Positions 38,086-52,347 of a stretch of DNA of 64,000 nucleotides are shown here, in pieces (the first letter of the stretch is position 1; each line of letters begins with the position of its first letter). The notes beneath the pieces are model-generated. The model saw nothing but the letters and a program-made list of their open reading frames with translations. It did not search any database and was not told the origin of the DNA. A program made the position numbers and the translations under genes. Where the stretch lies: assembly GCA_951406725.2 (NCBI GenBank), contig OX597822.1, positions 67,208,001-67,272,000 on the forward strand, written 5' to 3'. This DNA is from Octopus vulgaris (lineage: Eukaryota).

Positions 38086-39669
38086 AAGTATGTTTGGTAC
38101 CGTTCTAAGAAGCATGTGAAACCCACTGGAAAAGATGTGGGTTCTTTTTGCTCGCAGCGAAACCACAATACTAAATATGTCTACTTGTGGAATGTAGTCA
38201 AGGTCTGAAGCTCATTACGTCAAACCTTGAATTATCCAATGTGTCAACGACAACCTTTTGTTTTCTGTATAGTAAATATTTGTGATATATTAGTTTATGC
38301 TTCATTCAGAGTGCAGGAGCATTTGCTGGACACCAAACGCGGTCAGTAGAGCCGGAGAAAAACTCTTTATTAAACTACTAATTGCAGGGTTTTTTCATGT
38401 TAATTTATGTGAATTGGTTGTGATTTTCTTTTCTTCTGTCACGTGAAAGCAACACCTGAATCATTATAAATACATTATCTCCCTACCAGTATGTCAATCA
38501 CTGACTAGCAACTAAATCGTGATCGATTTATGAACTAGGATGTCTGATCAAGCGAATTTAATGAGATATCCTTCCGAAAGGAGAATAATTGGCTATGTCC
38601 TACGATAACTACTGCTTTTGGCAACCGAAAGCCGGTCAGTTTTAGATAGGGATTTAAACACGGTACAATAAATAAATATCGTAAATAAATAATTCAAATT
38701 TATTGGAGTACTTAAGCTTTTAATTCCTTTTACTGCATCCTCTTATACAGAGCAGGAATAGGGCTGGCTGTTTACTTCTTGTTCTAATTAGCTGTTCATC
38801 TCAACAACAGAACGATATATTATCGCATGCAGACTGAACAGACTTGAAGCTAAGATAAGGCTGGTCTGTTTAATTATAAACAGCAAAACTCACTGGATCA
38901 TAGATATCGTCAGAATAGAACGGAACAGTCGAGTCGGCACGCAAACTAGAAATAAACAGTAGTTTGGAAGATAACTCTTCTTTACGATCAATTGGCTCTG
39001 ACAATGATTGCTCGTCTAAAACTAACGACGAATTGCATCACAACAAACTGCTGGTTTGATGATTGACAATGATGGAAAGAAGACATTTTAGGATACCTAA
39101 CGTTCTCTTCACCTTCAATTCGAAATAGTGAAGGTAGAAAGTCACATTGTTTCTGCTGAGAAGAAATTACTTCCTGAGGGTATTTGTCAGCGAAGCTGAG
39201 GCTATCAGTATGAAATTGAATGCTTCACGAAATATCATTATCACTATTGTCAATAATTTAAATGAACTATTAAAAGTTTTTTTTTTAAAGACGTAAAGCA
39301 TTAGAGACGTTCCTCTACATAGAATCAGTTGAAATAATCGATACGAAAATGGCTTTAATACTCTCAAAAATGGGTCGTAGAGAAAAATTAGTTCAACGAC
39401 AGTCATTATTTTATAACCGCTCGTGTTCTAAGCGATAGCTATAGAGATTTTTTTTTTATCACTTCATATTTTTTTAGTTATAAAAGTCAAGAAAGTTTAA
39501 ATGGTATCGGAAAATTACTAGAGGATACATGAAATTAAATCGCTGAGAACCACTAGTTTAACTGACATACGCAGAGGCATGGCATACAACAACACAAGTA
39601 CTCTCATTCACATGGACTCACACACGTAGGTATATACAAATACATACCTCTCTAACTGGAAAAGGTAAT

Positions 39670-39694
39670 ATCTATCAATCTATCTATCTATCTA

Positions 39695-39727
<33 letters not shown>

Positions 39728-39794
39728 GTGACTATCTATCTGTCTGTTTACCCATCTATCTGCCTGTCTATCTATCTATCTATCTATCTATCTA

Positions 39795-39832
<38 letters not shown>

Positions 39833-39944
39833 CCTATCTGTCTGTTTGACTATCTATCTATCTGTCTGTCTCCCTATCTGTCTATTTATCTATCTATCTA
39901 TCAATCTATCTATCTATCTGTATTTCTGTATGTCTGTCTGTCTG

Positions 39945-39980
<36 letters not shown>

Positions 39981-40043
39981 TTGTCTCTCTGTCTGTCTGT
40001 CTAGCTGTCTGTCCGTCTATCTATCTATCTGTCTGTCTGTCTG

Positions 40044-40076
<33 letters not shown>

Positions 40077-40209
40077 GATCTATCTGTTTGTTTATCTATC
40101 TATCTATTTGTCTCACTGTCTGTCTATCTATTATCTATCTATTTATCTATCTATCTCTCTGCCTCTCTATCCGTTTGTCTGTCTATCTATCTATCTATCT
40201 CTCTATCTC

Positions 40210-40252
<43 letters not shown>

Positions 40253-40275
40253 GTTTGTCTGTCTGTCTGTCTATC
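39670..40275. repeat. (TCTA)n/(TCTG)n microsatellite
   Basis: Direct reading. Confidence 0.96.
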
Positions 40276-40495
40276 CGTCTACCCATCAGTCTTTCTGTGT
40301 AAATATACCCGTATATGTATTGATAACTAGGTAAGATAGGGACACAGACAAAGAGGCACACAGAACCGCATATGTATATTAACAATTCTCTCGATTTAAC
40401 ACACCTTTTCCCTTTAATTTTCCTTCCATTCCTTCTTTATTTTTTCTTCATCTTCCATATACATATGTATATATATAGATATGTATATATATACG

Positions 40496-40530
<35 letters not shown>

Positions 40531-40975
40531 CCGTATGTGCGTGAACGTTCAGTTATAAGTGCCACTCTGTTGAGTGGTCACAAAGTTGTGTACAATGGTT
40601 CTAACTTGTTAGTCAATACACTTAAGATTCAATACAGAATGGCTGAAATGAAAGTAGGAAGGAAAGGAAACAGTAAAATGTCTTTATGTAATTGTCTATA
40701 ACTCGTTAATAATCTATATCTGTATGGGCAATTCAGATTGATATATCGTGTAATGGACAAATTTCTCAAATAAATTGCTAGGAAGGGAATATTTAATTAC
40801 AATACTTTTGTAACTTCTCACTCTCTCCTTCTCCCTCTTTGTCTTTGTTTGTGCGTGTGTGTGTGTGTGCGTGTGTCTCTTTCTCTCTCTCTCTCACACA
40901 CACACATATGGACGTGTATATATGTGGATATATATATGTATATGCGTGTGCGTATATATATATATATTTATTTAT

Positions 40976-41030
<55 letters not shown>

Positions 41031-41055
41031 CACATATTTATATATAGAGAGAGAG

Positions 41056-41395
41056 GGAGGCACAATGGTCCAATGGTTAGGGCAGTGGAATCGCGGTCGT
41101 AGGATCGCGGTTTCGATTCCCAAAGCGGGCGCTGTGAATGTTTATTGAGCCAAAACCTTTAAAGCTCCATGACGCTCCGCCACGGAGAACTCTGCTGTAC
41201 CCTTTCAACACAAATTTCTCTCGCTCTTTATCCTGTTTCTGTTGTACCTGTATTTTCAAATGGCCAGCGTTGTCACAATCTGTGTGATGCTGAATATCCC
41301 CGAGAACTACGTTAAGGATACGCGTCTCTGCGGAGTGCTCAGCCACTTGCGCGTTAATTTCACATCCCTCGTCCTCGTAACCGACGGTGTGTCTC
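41056..41395 (+). mobile_element. SINE C head plus tail X
   Basis: ggaggcacaatggtccaatggttaggg...ggtttcgattccc; tail gctgaatatccccgagaactacg...cgttaatttcac. Confidence 0.85.
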
Positions 41396-41534
41396 GATAT
41401 ATGAATGCATTTATTTATTGTATTACTCGTTTCAATCACTGGACGACTGGAGTACCGGCCTGAAATATTTACGACTCTTATGAAAGCCAGTACTTATTTT
41501 GGTATGTAGTTATTTCACAGATGGCTATTTTTAA

Positions 41535-41852
41535 AGGCCCGTGACTTAGTGGTTAAGGCATTCGGCTCATGATCGTTAGGTCGTGAGTTCAATTCCCGGC
41601 GACGCGTTGTGTCCTTGAGCAAGACACTTTATTTTACATTGCTCCAGTCCACTCACCTGGCATAAATGTGTAGTATTTGTATTTAAAGGGACCGGCCTTG
41701 TTACACTGTGTCACGCTGAATCTCCCTGAGAACTACGTCAGGGGTACACGTGTCTGTGCATTGCTCAGTCACTTGCACGTTAATTTCACGAGCAAGATGT
41801 TCCGTTGATCGGATCAGCTGGGACCCTCGTCGTCGTAACTGACGGAGTGCTC
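41535..41852 (+). mobile_element. SINE D head plus tail X
   Basis: gtgacttagtggttaagg...gagttcaattccc, tgtgtccttgagcaagacactt; tail shared with 41056. Confidence 0.85.
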
Positions 41853-41946
41853 TCTTCATTTTCCGAACTACTAAGTAAAGGGATATAAGTGGCCACGATA
41901 TAAACCACCTTGTTTTCTAGCCGATAGACATAGACAAACACTTATA

Positions 41947-42021
<75 letters not shown>

Positions 42022-42136
42022 GCTCGAACACAAGCACATGCACGCACAAATATTCAAATACCAAATTTCAGTCACAAAATTTTGACCAATCTCCGAGGAA
42101 AATTTCTATATTAGGAGAACCTAGAAGTGTTATGTG

Positions 42137-42440
42137 TGGAGGCACACGGCCTAGTGGTTAGAGCAGCAAACTTGCGGTCGAGGAATCGCGGGTTCGAATC
42201 TCAGACCGAGTGATGTGTTTGTTTATGACGAAAACCCCTAAGCTTCACATGGCTCCGGCAGAAGGTAATGGCGAACTTCTGCTACTCTTTCGCCACAACT
42301 TTCTCTCACTCTTTCCTACTGCATCTAGCAGCTCATCTGCGACGGACCGGCGTCCCGTCCAGGTGGGGAACCTATACTCCAAGGAAACTAGGAAACCGGC
42401 CCTTATGAGCCAGACGTGGCTCGAGAAGGAACAAACAACA
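42137..42440 (+). mobile_element. SINE C head plus tail V1
   Basis: ggcctagtggttagag...ggttcgaatc; gcgacggaccggcgtcccgtccagg; TSD agaa(g/a)tgttatgt. Confidence 0.88.
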
Positions 42441-42849
42441 GAAATGTTATGTAGATATTTCTCAGTACGTGTTTATACTCGGTTGACATTGAGTACTCGC
42501 TGTATGAATCAGAGCCTAATAACAGTATTGTCTACTGTGCATACAATACATTTTATACAAGGTCCTTGTTGTTGATACTTTCCTTATCCTCAGAAACGAC
42601 TAATTAGTTATTATCTTTCCGCTGTGCATGTGTCACTGTATAATTTAAACTTGATATTTTATTTCAGAAATCAAGCATAATGAATCGAAAATGGTGGGTA
42701 AGAAAACAAAACAACCGTTAGATTTTTGTTTCATATATTTTAAATCTTAGGCGATTGATAAAGAGATGTTGTGCCCGAAATATTGAAATAAAAAAAGGGT
42801 AAGTAAGCTATTAGTTTTAGTTTCTCTGTATATGTTTATATAGACGGTG

Positions 42850-42988
42850 AGTTGCTTACCAACCACGTGGTTCCGGGTTCAGTCCCACAGCGTGGCACCA
42901 TGGGCAGGTGTCTTCTGCTATAGCATCGGGACAATCAAAGCCTTGTGAGTGTATTTTGGTAGACGGAAACTGAAAGAAGCCCGTAGTA

Positions 42989-43031
<43 letters not shown>

Positions 43032-43230
43032 GTGTGTATATGTTTCTGTGTCTGTGTTTGTTTCTCCAACATCGCTTGACAACCGATGCTGGTGTGTTTA
43101 CGTCCCCGTAACTGAGTGGTTCGGCAAAAGAGACCGATAGAATAAGTACCTGACTTACAAAGATTAAGTCCTGGGGTCGATTTGCTCGACTAAATGTGGT
43201 GCTCCAGCATGACTGAAACAAGTTAAAGAA
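42850..43230 (+). mobile_element. SINE A, 5'-clipped
   Basis: Aligns to the 3562 copy. Confidence 0.9.
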
Positions 43231-43322
43231 AACTTTATTTCTAACATGCATTCATTAAATTTCTGTAATATTAGCAATTTTAAATCGAGCTCGCAACAAT
43301 ATTTCTTTGAATGTACTCAGAT

Positions 43323-43389
43323 ACAAAAACATATCCCGATCCCCATGTATTCACTCATATGAGTACATGGAAGTTCGGATATACTTTGT
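43323..43389 (+). ncRNA. Pre-miRNA-like hairpin (candidate)
   Basis: atatcccgatccccatgtattca / tgagtacatggaagttcggatat: 20 of 23 positions pair including 3 G-U; 6-nt loop; lower stem acaaa/tttgt. Confidence 0.35.
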
Positions 43390-43995
43390 GAAATTGTATT
43401 TTACGTTTTAGTGTCGAGTGGTGATCGTGTACATTCTTTGTAGCATTGGTTGTGTGAGTTGTGTTGTATTATTTCAGTGAAAGCTGTGTAAAAATACAAA
43501 TTTTGTGAGTTGTTATAGAACCCAATTGTAAAATACAAAATCGAAACTTTTATTCCAAAGATCTTAATTTATTAGGCTATATAACATGCAAACCATACAT
43601 TGTAAAACTGAAAAGAGAATTTCAAACATCAAAGAGACCAATAGATATAAAATTATAGCATAAAATAACAGTATTTTGACAATAAATATGGCCGATACCA
43701 GTAAGAATTTTTTTTGATATCAGGTTTTAATCTTGCTGAATAAAAATTTTATATCAAAATCAAAGTATATCGAAACAATCTCTTCCGATATGTTGTTGCT
43801 AGTCCAATGTTCCATTGATGAAAGTTTTAAAGATCCATATGGATTGTTTGGAGGAAATTATAAAATGCTACTAAAGATTTGATTAAAACAATGCGCAATT
43901 GCTTGCATCCTACAGTCACGTCAGTAAAAGTTTGAATCGCGTACATTCGGTTATAGAACATAATCCATCTTTAATTTTGCAGTAATTTACATATA

Positions 43996-44410
43996 TAGGC
44001 GCAGGAGTGGCTGTGTAGGTGCCGGAGTGGCTGTGTGGTAAGTAGCTTGCTTACCAACCACATGGTTCCGGTTTCAGTCCCACTGCATGGTACCTTGGGC
44101 CAGTGTCTTCTACTATAGCCTCGGGCCGACGAAAGCCTTGAGAGTGGATTTGGTAGATGGAAACTGAAAGAAGCCCGTTGTGTGTGTGTATGTATATGTT
44201 TGTGTGTCTGTGTTTATCCACCCAACATCGCTTGACAACCGATGCTGGTGTGTTTACGTCTCCGTAACTTAGCGGTTCGGCAAAAGGTACCGATAGAATA
44301 AATACTAGGCTTACAAAGAATAAGTCCTGGGGTCGATTTGCTCGACTAAAGGCGATGCTCCAGCATAGCCGCTGTCAAATGACTGAAACAAGTAACAGAG
44401 CAAAAGAGTA
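43996..44410 (+). mobile_element. SINE A with duplicated 5' ~20 nt
   Basis: taggcgcaggagtggctgtg followed by taggtgccggagtggctgtgtgg. Confidence 0.92.
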
Positions 44411-44439
44411 TACATAATTCCGTGAATAGGAATGTTAGT

Positions 44440-44476
<37 letters not shown>

Positions 44477-45019
44477 GTTTGCATCGGGGATGTTACGAGA
44501 ACAATAGAAATTTGACATGTCACACCACGACTACTTTATTGTATTTCTTCCGCCATCTTATAGACTGAGCTCAAATGCGATCGAGGTCAACTTTGCCTGT
44601 CATTCATCTGAGGTAGATAAAAAAAAGTACCAGTTGACCACTGGGACTGATATAATCCATTAGGCCCACTTCTTAAACCTTAATATTGTTGGTCAATTTA
44701 CAGATATGTAAAACCACTACAAAAACAGTATTCAACGCATATAACTGCTTTCTGATTTATTCCTCAGGCAACTGCCCTATCCAAATAATTCTTTCCCCAT
44801 GGAAACAATGACTTGGGTCTACAGAAGTTTACGAACGATTGATTTTATGCGCTCCAGGACACGTTAAGAGTCCTGAGTAAAAAGGGGATGAAATGACACT
44901 GCACATTTCAGCCAGCGGTTACGCTTCAATTCGTTGCCTACCTGCAAAATCAATTGACAATGCAAAAACATGGATGGTAATGACCATAAATGTAATTCTT
45001 CAGTTTATTCTTAATAATG

Positions 45020-45070
<51 letters not shown>

Positions 45071-45114
45071 TCATATATATATATATATATATTAAATAGG
45101 TGCACACACATATA

Positions 45115-45680
45115 CAGGGTGCGTAAGATATTGAAGAACAGAGCTATATACATAAAAAGACAGCTATATAGTAACAGATAATGACTATTTATCAAAAATG
45201 CTATAAGAATAAAAATAAACTTTCTTTTCTATAATGTTAAACAACAAAGCCAGCTTCAGCTTCCACAACTGCTTCTATATGAGATCTACATCGCCTACAT
45301 GTTCGAAACAAGTCATCCTCGTTCATTTTGGACATTACTCTGACTATGGCAGCTCTCAAAGAATCTTTGGTGTTATGGGCATGTTCATTGACTTCTCTTT
45401 CAACAACGCTTCACATGTAATACTCCAATGGATAGAGATCTGGGGAATTAGGAGTCCAAATATTAGGGGCTGCCTGACAATGAAAATTTTCAGCCATCCA
45501 TTCTTGTGTTACTAGAGCCATGTGTGATGGTGCAGAGTCTGACTGAACACACATATGACCTTCCATTGCATACACTGTCTATACAGAGTTTAACAATTGA
45601 TTCCACGACATCAATGTTGGTGGCAGAGTTAGGTCTCAGGTCTTGTAGAAAGAAGTAAGGAAGCTTCACATGTCCTTCAT
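45115..45680 (-). mobile_element. DD37D/maT-like Tc1-mariner transposase 3' fragment
   Basis: Minus: QSDSAPSHMALVTQEWMAENFHCQAAPNIWTPNSPDLYPLEYY (37 residues between D and the last acidic residue); TA-cagggtg terminus at 45113. Confidence 0.75.
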
Positions 45681-46329
45681 TGCTGACAACCCCTAAATCT
45701 GCTCAACTTGATCCCTCTTGTAGCCATTCTTGTACCCCACTGAATTGATCCCCTGTGATCAAATCGGAGTCTAATTTTGAATCTTTTGAGCACTACTAAG
45801 TTTCTTCTATACTGAGAATCTCTAGATCTCATGATAAATGTATATGCATGTATATATGTATGCAGGTAAGCATATGTATTCCATCTTTGATTTATAAATC
45901 TTCCACTGGGGAGGGAACCGGTTTCCAACAATGATACTTGTATATCGAGACATACTCATATATATTTAAATGATAAACTTCTGGGAAATTTTATAGATTT
46001 TTACATTTCCTGTGATGGCTTGGTTCTGTCGTCTTCCAATCAGCTTTCTGGTTTTGAGAAGCCTAATTTCATAAGATAGGTATTTAGCCATGTATTTATG
46101 TATGTATGTATGTACGTATGTATGTATGTATGTATGTATGTATGTATGTATGTATGCGTGCATGAGTTTCAGAATATGCGGCGAGTGTTACTCCTTAGAC
46201 ACAGTTCAGGCCGAATAAAATCGGTGAGTGAAACTGGGTAGACTGAAAGAATGTAGGGTATGTATCTTCGGAATACCCAACCCCTTGTCACGCTGATACA
46301 ATGAATAAACTGTTAAATAAATACGCATT

Positions 46330-46740
46330 TACTCTTTTACTCTTTGACTTGTTTCAATCATATGACTGTGGCCATGCTGGAGCACCACCTTCAGTCGAGT
46401 AAATCGACCCCAGGACTTATTTTCGTAAACCTAGTACATATTCTATCGGTCTCTTTTCCCGAACCGCTAAGTTACGGAGACGTAAACACACCAGCATCGG
46501 TTGTCAAGCGATGTTGGGGGAACAAACACATACATACATATATATACACGCACATACATATATATTTACATATATACGACCTGATTCTTTCAATTTCCGT
46601 TTACTAAATCCACTCACAAGGCTTTGCTCGGCCCGAGGCTATAGTAGAAGACACTTGCCCAAGGTGCCACGCAGTGGGACTGAACCCGGAATCATGTGAT
46701 TGGTAAGCAAGCTACTTACTACATAGCCACTCCTACGCCT
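46330..46740 (-). mobile_element. SINE A, full length
   Basis: Ends agccactcctacgcct. Confidence 0.92.
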
Positions 46741-47024
46741 CAACATTAGTTGAATGATTAAGAAAATCTTGAGCAACGTAAACATTCGACTGTAGACTAC
46801 CAAATTTATTTATTATAAAATGAAGAGAAAGAATTTTGTCGCGTTACATTTTAGTTTTTTTTTTTTCTGTTTTCAGCATTTCATATACTTTTATCTGAAT
46901 GCTGTGTTTACTACAAAACTGTCTTACTGATTATATTAATCCGACACAGTACAGAGAGAATGTATTAACTTCTTTTTTATTTTTTATTTTCTGCCTTTAT
47001 TTATGAGACGTCCTCTACTTAGTT

Positions 47025-47062
47025 TCATCATTAACGTCATGATCATCATCATCATCGTCATT

Positions 47063-47095
<33 letters not shown>

Positions 47096-47187
47096 GTCGT
47101 CGTCGTCATCATCATCATCATCAACGTCGTCATTATCATCATCATCATCATAGTCGTCATCGTCATCATCATCATCATCATCATCAT
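47025..47187. repeat. (CAT)n/(CGT)n microsatellite
   Basis: Direct reading. Confidence 0.95.
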
Positions 47188-47471
47188 TCTCACTGTCTCC
47201 GTCATGCTCCTCGTTTCGCCAACATTAACTTCGTCGTTCCCGGTTATACAAAAAGTATAACGAATTTTTATTGGTAAAAATCGAAATCTTCATATCTAGG
47301 TTATTACTAAAGTTTCTGCATATATACAAGAAAAAAAATAGATGGCTTAATTTCTAGACATCATTTTAAATAATCTTTTTTGCTGTCCTCCTCCTAATCT
47401 TCCTAACAATCACGATTGTCTCATCCACCTCTTCTTCTTCTTCTTCTTGTTCCACTTCCTAATACAGTCTG

Positions 47472-47553
<82 letters not shown>

Positions 47554-48644
47554 ATAAATGTGTATGTGTGTGTGTGTGTATATATATATATATAGAATTA
47601 TTAGACAAAAAACATGGTGACTCACTCCAGCATAGAAATTACTAAGTTTTCAAGAAGATATACATTGTTACAGACTCTGCCTTTCACTGATTTTGTTTTT
47701 ATGGGGTCAGTTTTAATTTATAGACTAGTTTATCAAACCCCTTGTATATCTAAGGCTGAGAGAACAGAGGGCAGTGTCTGTTAGGACAGAAGGAGCAGAC
47801 AGACATCATAGTTGGTATAGTCATAAAAATCAAGATTTATTAGAAGCAATATCATGAGGTTTGGTAAGACATTTCATATAGTACTATAATTAAATATTTT
47901 AAACAATGTCGCTATATTGTGTACAGTTAAAGTTTAGGGTTATTTAGAGGATTATTAAGAAGAATATTATAAGAAAATGATAGAAATTTATGAATACTTT
48001 TGAGTATATACCAAACTTTTACCACAATAGAGGGAGGAAAAGAAAAGAAACTATTCAGAAATAGTTTAATATTTTTACATATTGCACACTTAAATACTAA
48101 CTCATCAGATGGTATCTGTAAATATTGATTAATTGGTATATACTGATATTAATAAAGGAGTATTGAGGTAAAGGAACATGCTAATTATATATTAATAAAA
48201 TTATAATCTAAGCAGTTATTTTATTGTTATTAGCTAAATAAATAAATATATAATTTTTAGTCTAATATATTTTGAATTATTATACTTTTTCTAAAAGTCT
48301 TATCTATTGGTGTTAATAAGCTACATATACTTTACCATAGTATTAGTAATTAAGCTATTTTATTCCTTTTCTGTGGTGTTCTGCCCTACTTGATTATTTT
48401 TTAAATTTTCTTTGTTCTTTTATAATTAGCCTTTATTCATAAAATGAATCTAATTTTTGTATCTCAATAAATTCATACTTAGCTTATATAAAACTATAGT
48501 GATATATTCACTACTTATTAAAAAAACTGATTAGATTATAATTTTATATATATGTGTGTGTATGTATGTATGTATGTATGTGTATATGTATATGTATATA
48601 TACACACATATATATACCGTATAATGTTCACAATATTTAGTTAT

Positions 48645-48877
48645 ATATTTCTTTACTACCCACAAGGGGCTAAACACAGAGGGGACAAACAAGGACAGAC
48701 AAAGGGATTAAGTCGATTACATCGACCCCAGTGCGTAGCTGGTACTTAATTTATCGACCCCGAAAGGATGAAAGGCAAAGTCGACCTCGGCGGAATTTGA
48801 ACTCGGAACGCAACGACAGACGAAATACGGCTACGAATTTCGCCTGGCGTGCTAACGTTTCTGCCAGCTCGCCGCCT
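48645..48877 (-). mobile_element. SINE B, single body module
   Basis: Head gccagctcgccgcc; TSD tttagttata. Confidence 0.93.
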
Positions 48878-49099
48878 TTAGTTATAAGTTACTAATAGTT
48901 TCATACGTTAGAAACACGATCTAGTGTATGGTACTATTAGTAGCACATGACTACATACTTTGGACAGTAAACGAGATTTTTCTCTCACCAGATGAAGCAG
49001 CGTGCCAAGTGGCAGCGCTGTCTTTATTTCACTAGTTGCGAAATTTGAGTTTTTTGCCATTATGTGTATGCTGCAATTTGCGATTTTGTATGCGTGCAT

Positions 49100-49305
49100 A
49101 TATTTTTTTCAATATGTGACCGAGTGCGTATCGTTGGCGATTTTCTTTCTCCGTCTTCCCTTCTTTGGACATTTTCTTTTCTAGCTTTCTGACGAAGAGC
49201 TCCGCTCGAATCCTCCTTCTTTCTTTCCCTTCCTGAGCGTCCAATAACACTATACTTATTCCGCGTTCTCGCGTTGTTGTGTTTTCTCTTTGTTCATGTT
49301 TGGAT

Positions 49306-49310
<5 letters not shown>
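49100..49310 (+). mobile_element. PLE pseudo-LTR-like repeat with truncated HHR
   Basis: CTGACGA-a-gagc-tcc-gctc-GAA at 49189-49210; stem III missing; ends at (TA)n. Confidence 0.55.
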
Positions 49311-49381
<71 letters not shown>

Positions 49382-49388
49382 GGTGGGT

Positions 49389-49463
<75 letters not shown>

Positions 49464-49714
49464 CGCAAGATACAGCATACACGTATTAACAAGCTGAGGG
49501 GTGCAAGGCAAAGGAATAAATCGCTGCAAATACACTACCTGCACTGACCCGTAATCCTCATATTTGTAACATCCGGCTAGAGGGCTTGTTTGCAAATCAT
49601 TGGCGGGACTCAAATGTCACATTCGACATAAGAACTGTGACTGCCAAAAAAAGTGAGTGCTGTCAGGTCCTCATACGTCGAAACCAACGGGAGAGTCTAT
49701 CATATATGTATACG

Positions 49715-49753
<39 letters not shown>

Positions 49754-50486
49754 ACCAGTCAGAGTGGTCAACAAAGGAAATATATATACGCATAGACTAC
49801 AATATAGGTAAACACATTCCAAATATCCCATTAAACCAATCAATATATTTATGTCTCTACGCATCAAAGCTTCAATGATCAAATCTTTTGAATAAAATTC
49901 AGCCAAAGAAGGGAAATCCACACAATTCTATATTTGAAATATTAAGAATAATTCTAGGAGAAGGCAAATTATATCCTACTCCCTTAATATTGCGAATATC
50001 CTGTACTCTATAATAACAATGAATAATATTCCCATCACACAAAAACAATAAAATTAAATCGATTAACAAATGAAAATCAAGAGGCACTTGAGCTCTCCTT
50101 TTATTTTTCGTCGGTGTAGTTTTCTTTTTATCAACCTTTGATTTTTTTTTTCTTTCTTCAGGTTTATATAAAATAAGTACTAGTCATACACTGGAGGTAA
50201 AATAGAATCGACAATTTGACTTACGCCAGCATTTCTGGCTTTGTACCCTCGTCAGAACTCATTAGAATGAAATGGCACAGCAGACGTCCTAAAATGTCCG
50301 GAAAATATTTCGTAATATTTTTGTTCCCGTAGATTCTGCTTTCAAATACAGCCAGTGCTATCTTTGCATTTTTTCCTCCAAGTTCGATGCAGTAAAAATC
50401 AACATACCCCAATGTTTTTCAAATTTTAAAAGAAGGGTAAGTCTATTATGGTAAACTCAGTTTTCAACTGCTACTTACTTTATAGA

Positions 50487-51380
50487 CCTCCTTTCTTGTT
50501 CATCATTGTTCTCAAGTATGTTCTACACATTTCCCTAGACGGTATGGAAGCAAAGGGACACTTTTTAAAACTCTGCCCGAGCAGTCGGTATTGTGCACAA
50601 TATTTAACTGATCTTGACTTTGCTGACGATCTTGCCTTGATATCCCATTGTATTAAAGATGCAGAAACTTTGTTACAAGCACTGGAGAAAGCAACATACC
50701 AGGTTGGCCTTTACTGCAACGAGAGTAAGACAGAGTTTATCACGACCTCTTCCAAGTTAACTGAACTTGAATTGCTCAATAATATATCAATCAAAAACGT
50801 TAACGACTTCAAATATCTTGGATCTTACATAGTAGATTCCCAAAATGACTTTCGCATCCGCAAAGTTCTTGCTTGGGATGCATGGAACAGACTTGATAAG
50901 ATCTGGCACTCTAGCCTTCCGCCCACGTTAAAAGTTAAAAGATTTAGAACACTGATTGAACCGGTCCTTCTCTATTGATCAGAGACCTGAACCTTTTCGG
51001 CTCTCTTAGAAAAACAACTAGATGAAACATATACCAACCTGCTCAGAAAGATCAGTTCAGAACATCAGCTGGAGATCACACCCAACACTTAGTAACATCT
51101 ATGGAAATTGATACCAATATTCCTCAAGCTAAACAGAAACGGCTACAATTTGCTGGCCACTGTCATCGAGAAGAGACGGAGGTTATCTCATCCCTGCTCC
51201 GATGGCATACTTCTGGAAGTGTTTTAGTCAGGAAACTGACATTTTCAGATACTATATCTCGGGATTCGGGGCTGGATATTAGAGATCTGAATACAGCAAT
51301 GCAGGACCGTGTAGTGTGGAAAGAGATTGTCAATCGAGTTCCGACCAACCATAAGTTGGTCGAAGGATGATGATGATGAT
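50487..51380 (+). mobile_element. 5'-truncated RTE-clade LINE (RT C-terminal half), pseudogenised
   Basis: PFLFIIVL, LTDLDFADDLAL, VGLYCNESKTEFI, DFKYLGSYI, LIEPVLLY*SET, RLQFAGHCHR, AMQDRVVWKEIV; (GAT)n tail. Confidence 0.93.
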
Positions 51381-51864
51381 TGATCTCGAAAAGGATGAAT
51401 CACAAAAGGTGCCCACGACGGAATTTCAATTCACAATGAGTCAAAAGAAAGTACCAGCTCATCGCCATCACAGCGGAAGAAACAATAACAATAAAACACC
51501 GATAAACGACACCAGGTTTGCAAAAAATTTGGTTGAATCCTTGGGAATATCTTCACACGACAAAAAAGAAAGAAAATCACCGCTGTTACAACGGCAACCG
51601 ATGGAACCGTTGCCATCGAAGGCAGCAGTAGTGACCAGAACAGTAACAACACTGACTACAGCAAAACAGCGGTTCCATTAGAGCAACTTGCCAAGAAGCT
51701 ATTGATACAGAAGAAAGAGTAGAGAGAAGAGAGATGACTTTGTCAGATGCTCTAACGATTCTGACAATCCACTTTTATTATTTATGTCATGGCTGATATT
51801 TGTAGCATTGTTATTGATGTTAATGTTACAGATACTAATATCGCTACTGCTATATTACGATCTC

Positions 51865-52174
51865 TTTTTCTTCTTCTTCTTCTTCTTCTTCTTCTTCCCC
51901 TCCTCCTTCTTCTTCTTTTTCTCTTCCTCCACCTCCTCCTCCCGTTCTTCTTTTTTGCTCTTTCAATTCTTCTTCTTTTCTTTTTCTGCTCTTTCATTTC
52001 TTCTTCTTCTCCCCCTCCTCCTCCTCCCCTCCTCCTTCTTTTTCTTCTTTCTCTCTTGTTCTTTTACTCTCCTTCCTCTTCTTCGCCTGCTCCTTCTTCT
52101 TTTTCTTCTTTTTCTCTTCTTTTACTCTTCTTATTTTTCTTCTCGTCGTCGTCGTCGTCCTCCTCCTTCTTCTT

Positions 52175-52221
<47 letters not shown>

Positions 52222-52302
52222 GTTGCTACTACTACAACATCTATGTCTAACACCTGCTATTGGTAGTAATACTACAACAGCCAGTCACTGCCACTGCTGC
52301 TG

Positions 52303-52347
<45 letters not shown>

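Noticed and set aside
47600-48545. Very AT-rich, CpG-poor block considered as a mitochondrial insertion (NUMT)
   Set aside because: No recognisable mitochondrial rRNA, tRNA or protein motif; needs BLAST.
51367-51681. 104-aa ORF directly downstream of the RTE
   Set aside because: It starts in the (GAT)n tail and overlaps decayed SINE B-like sequence; no protein signal.
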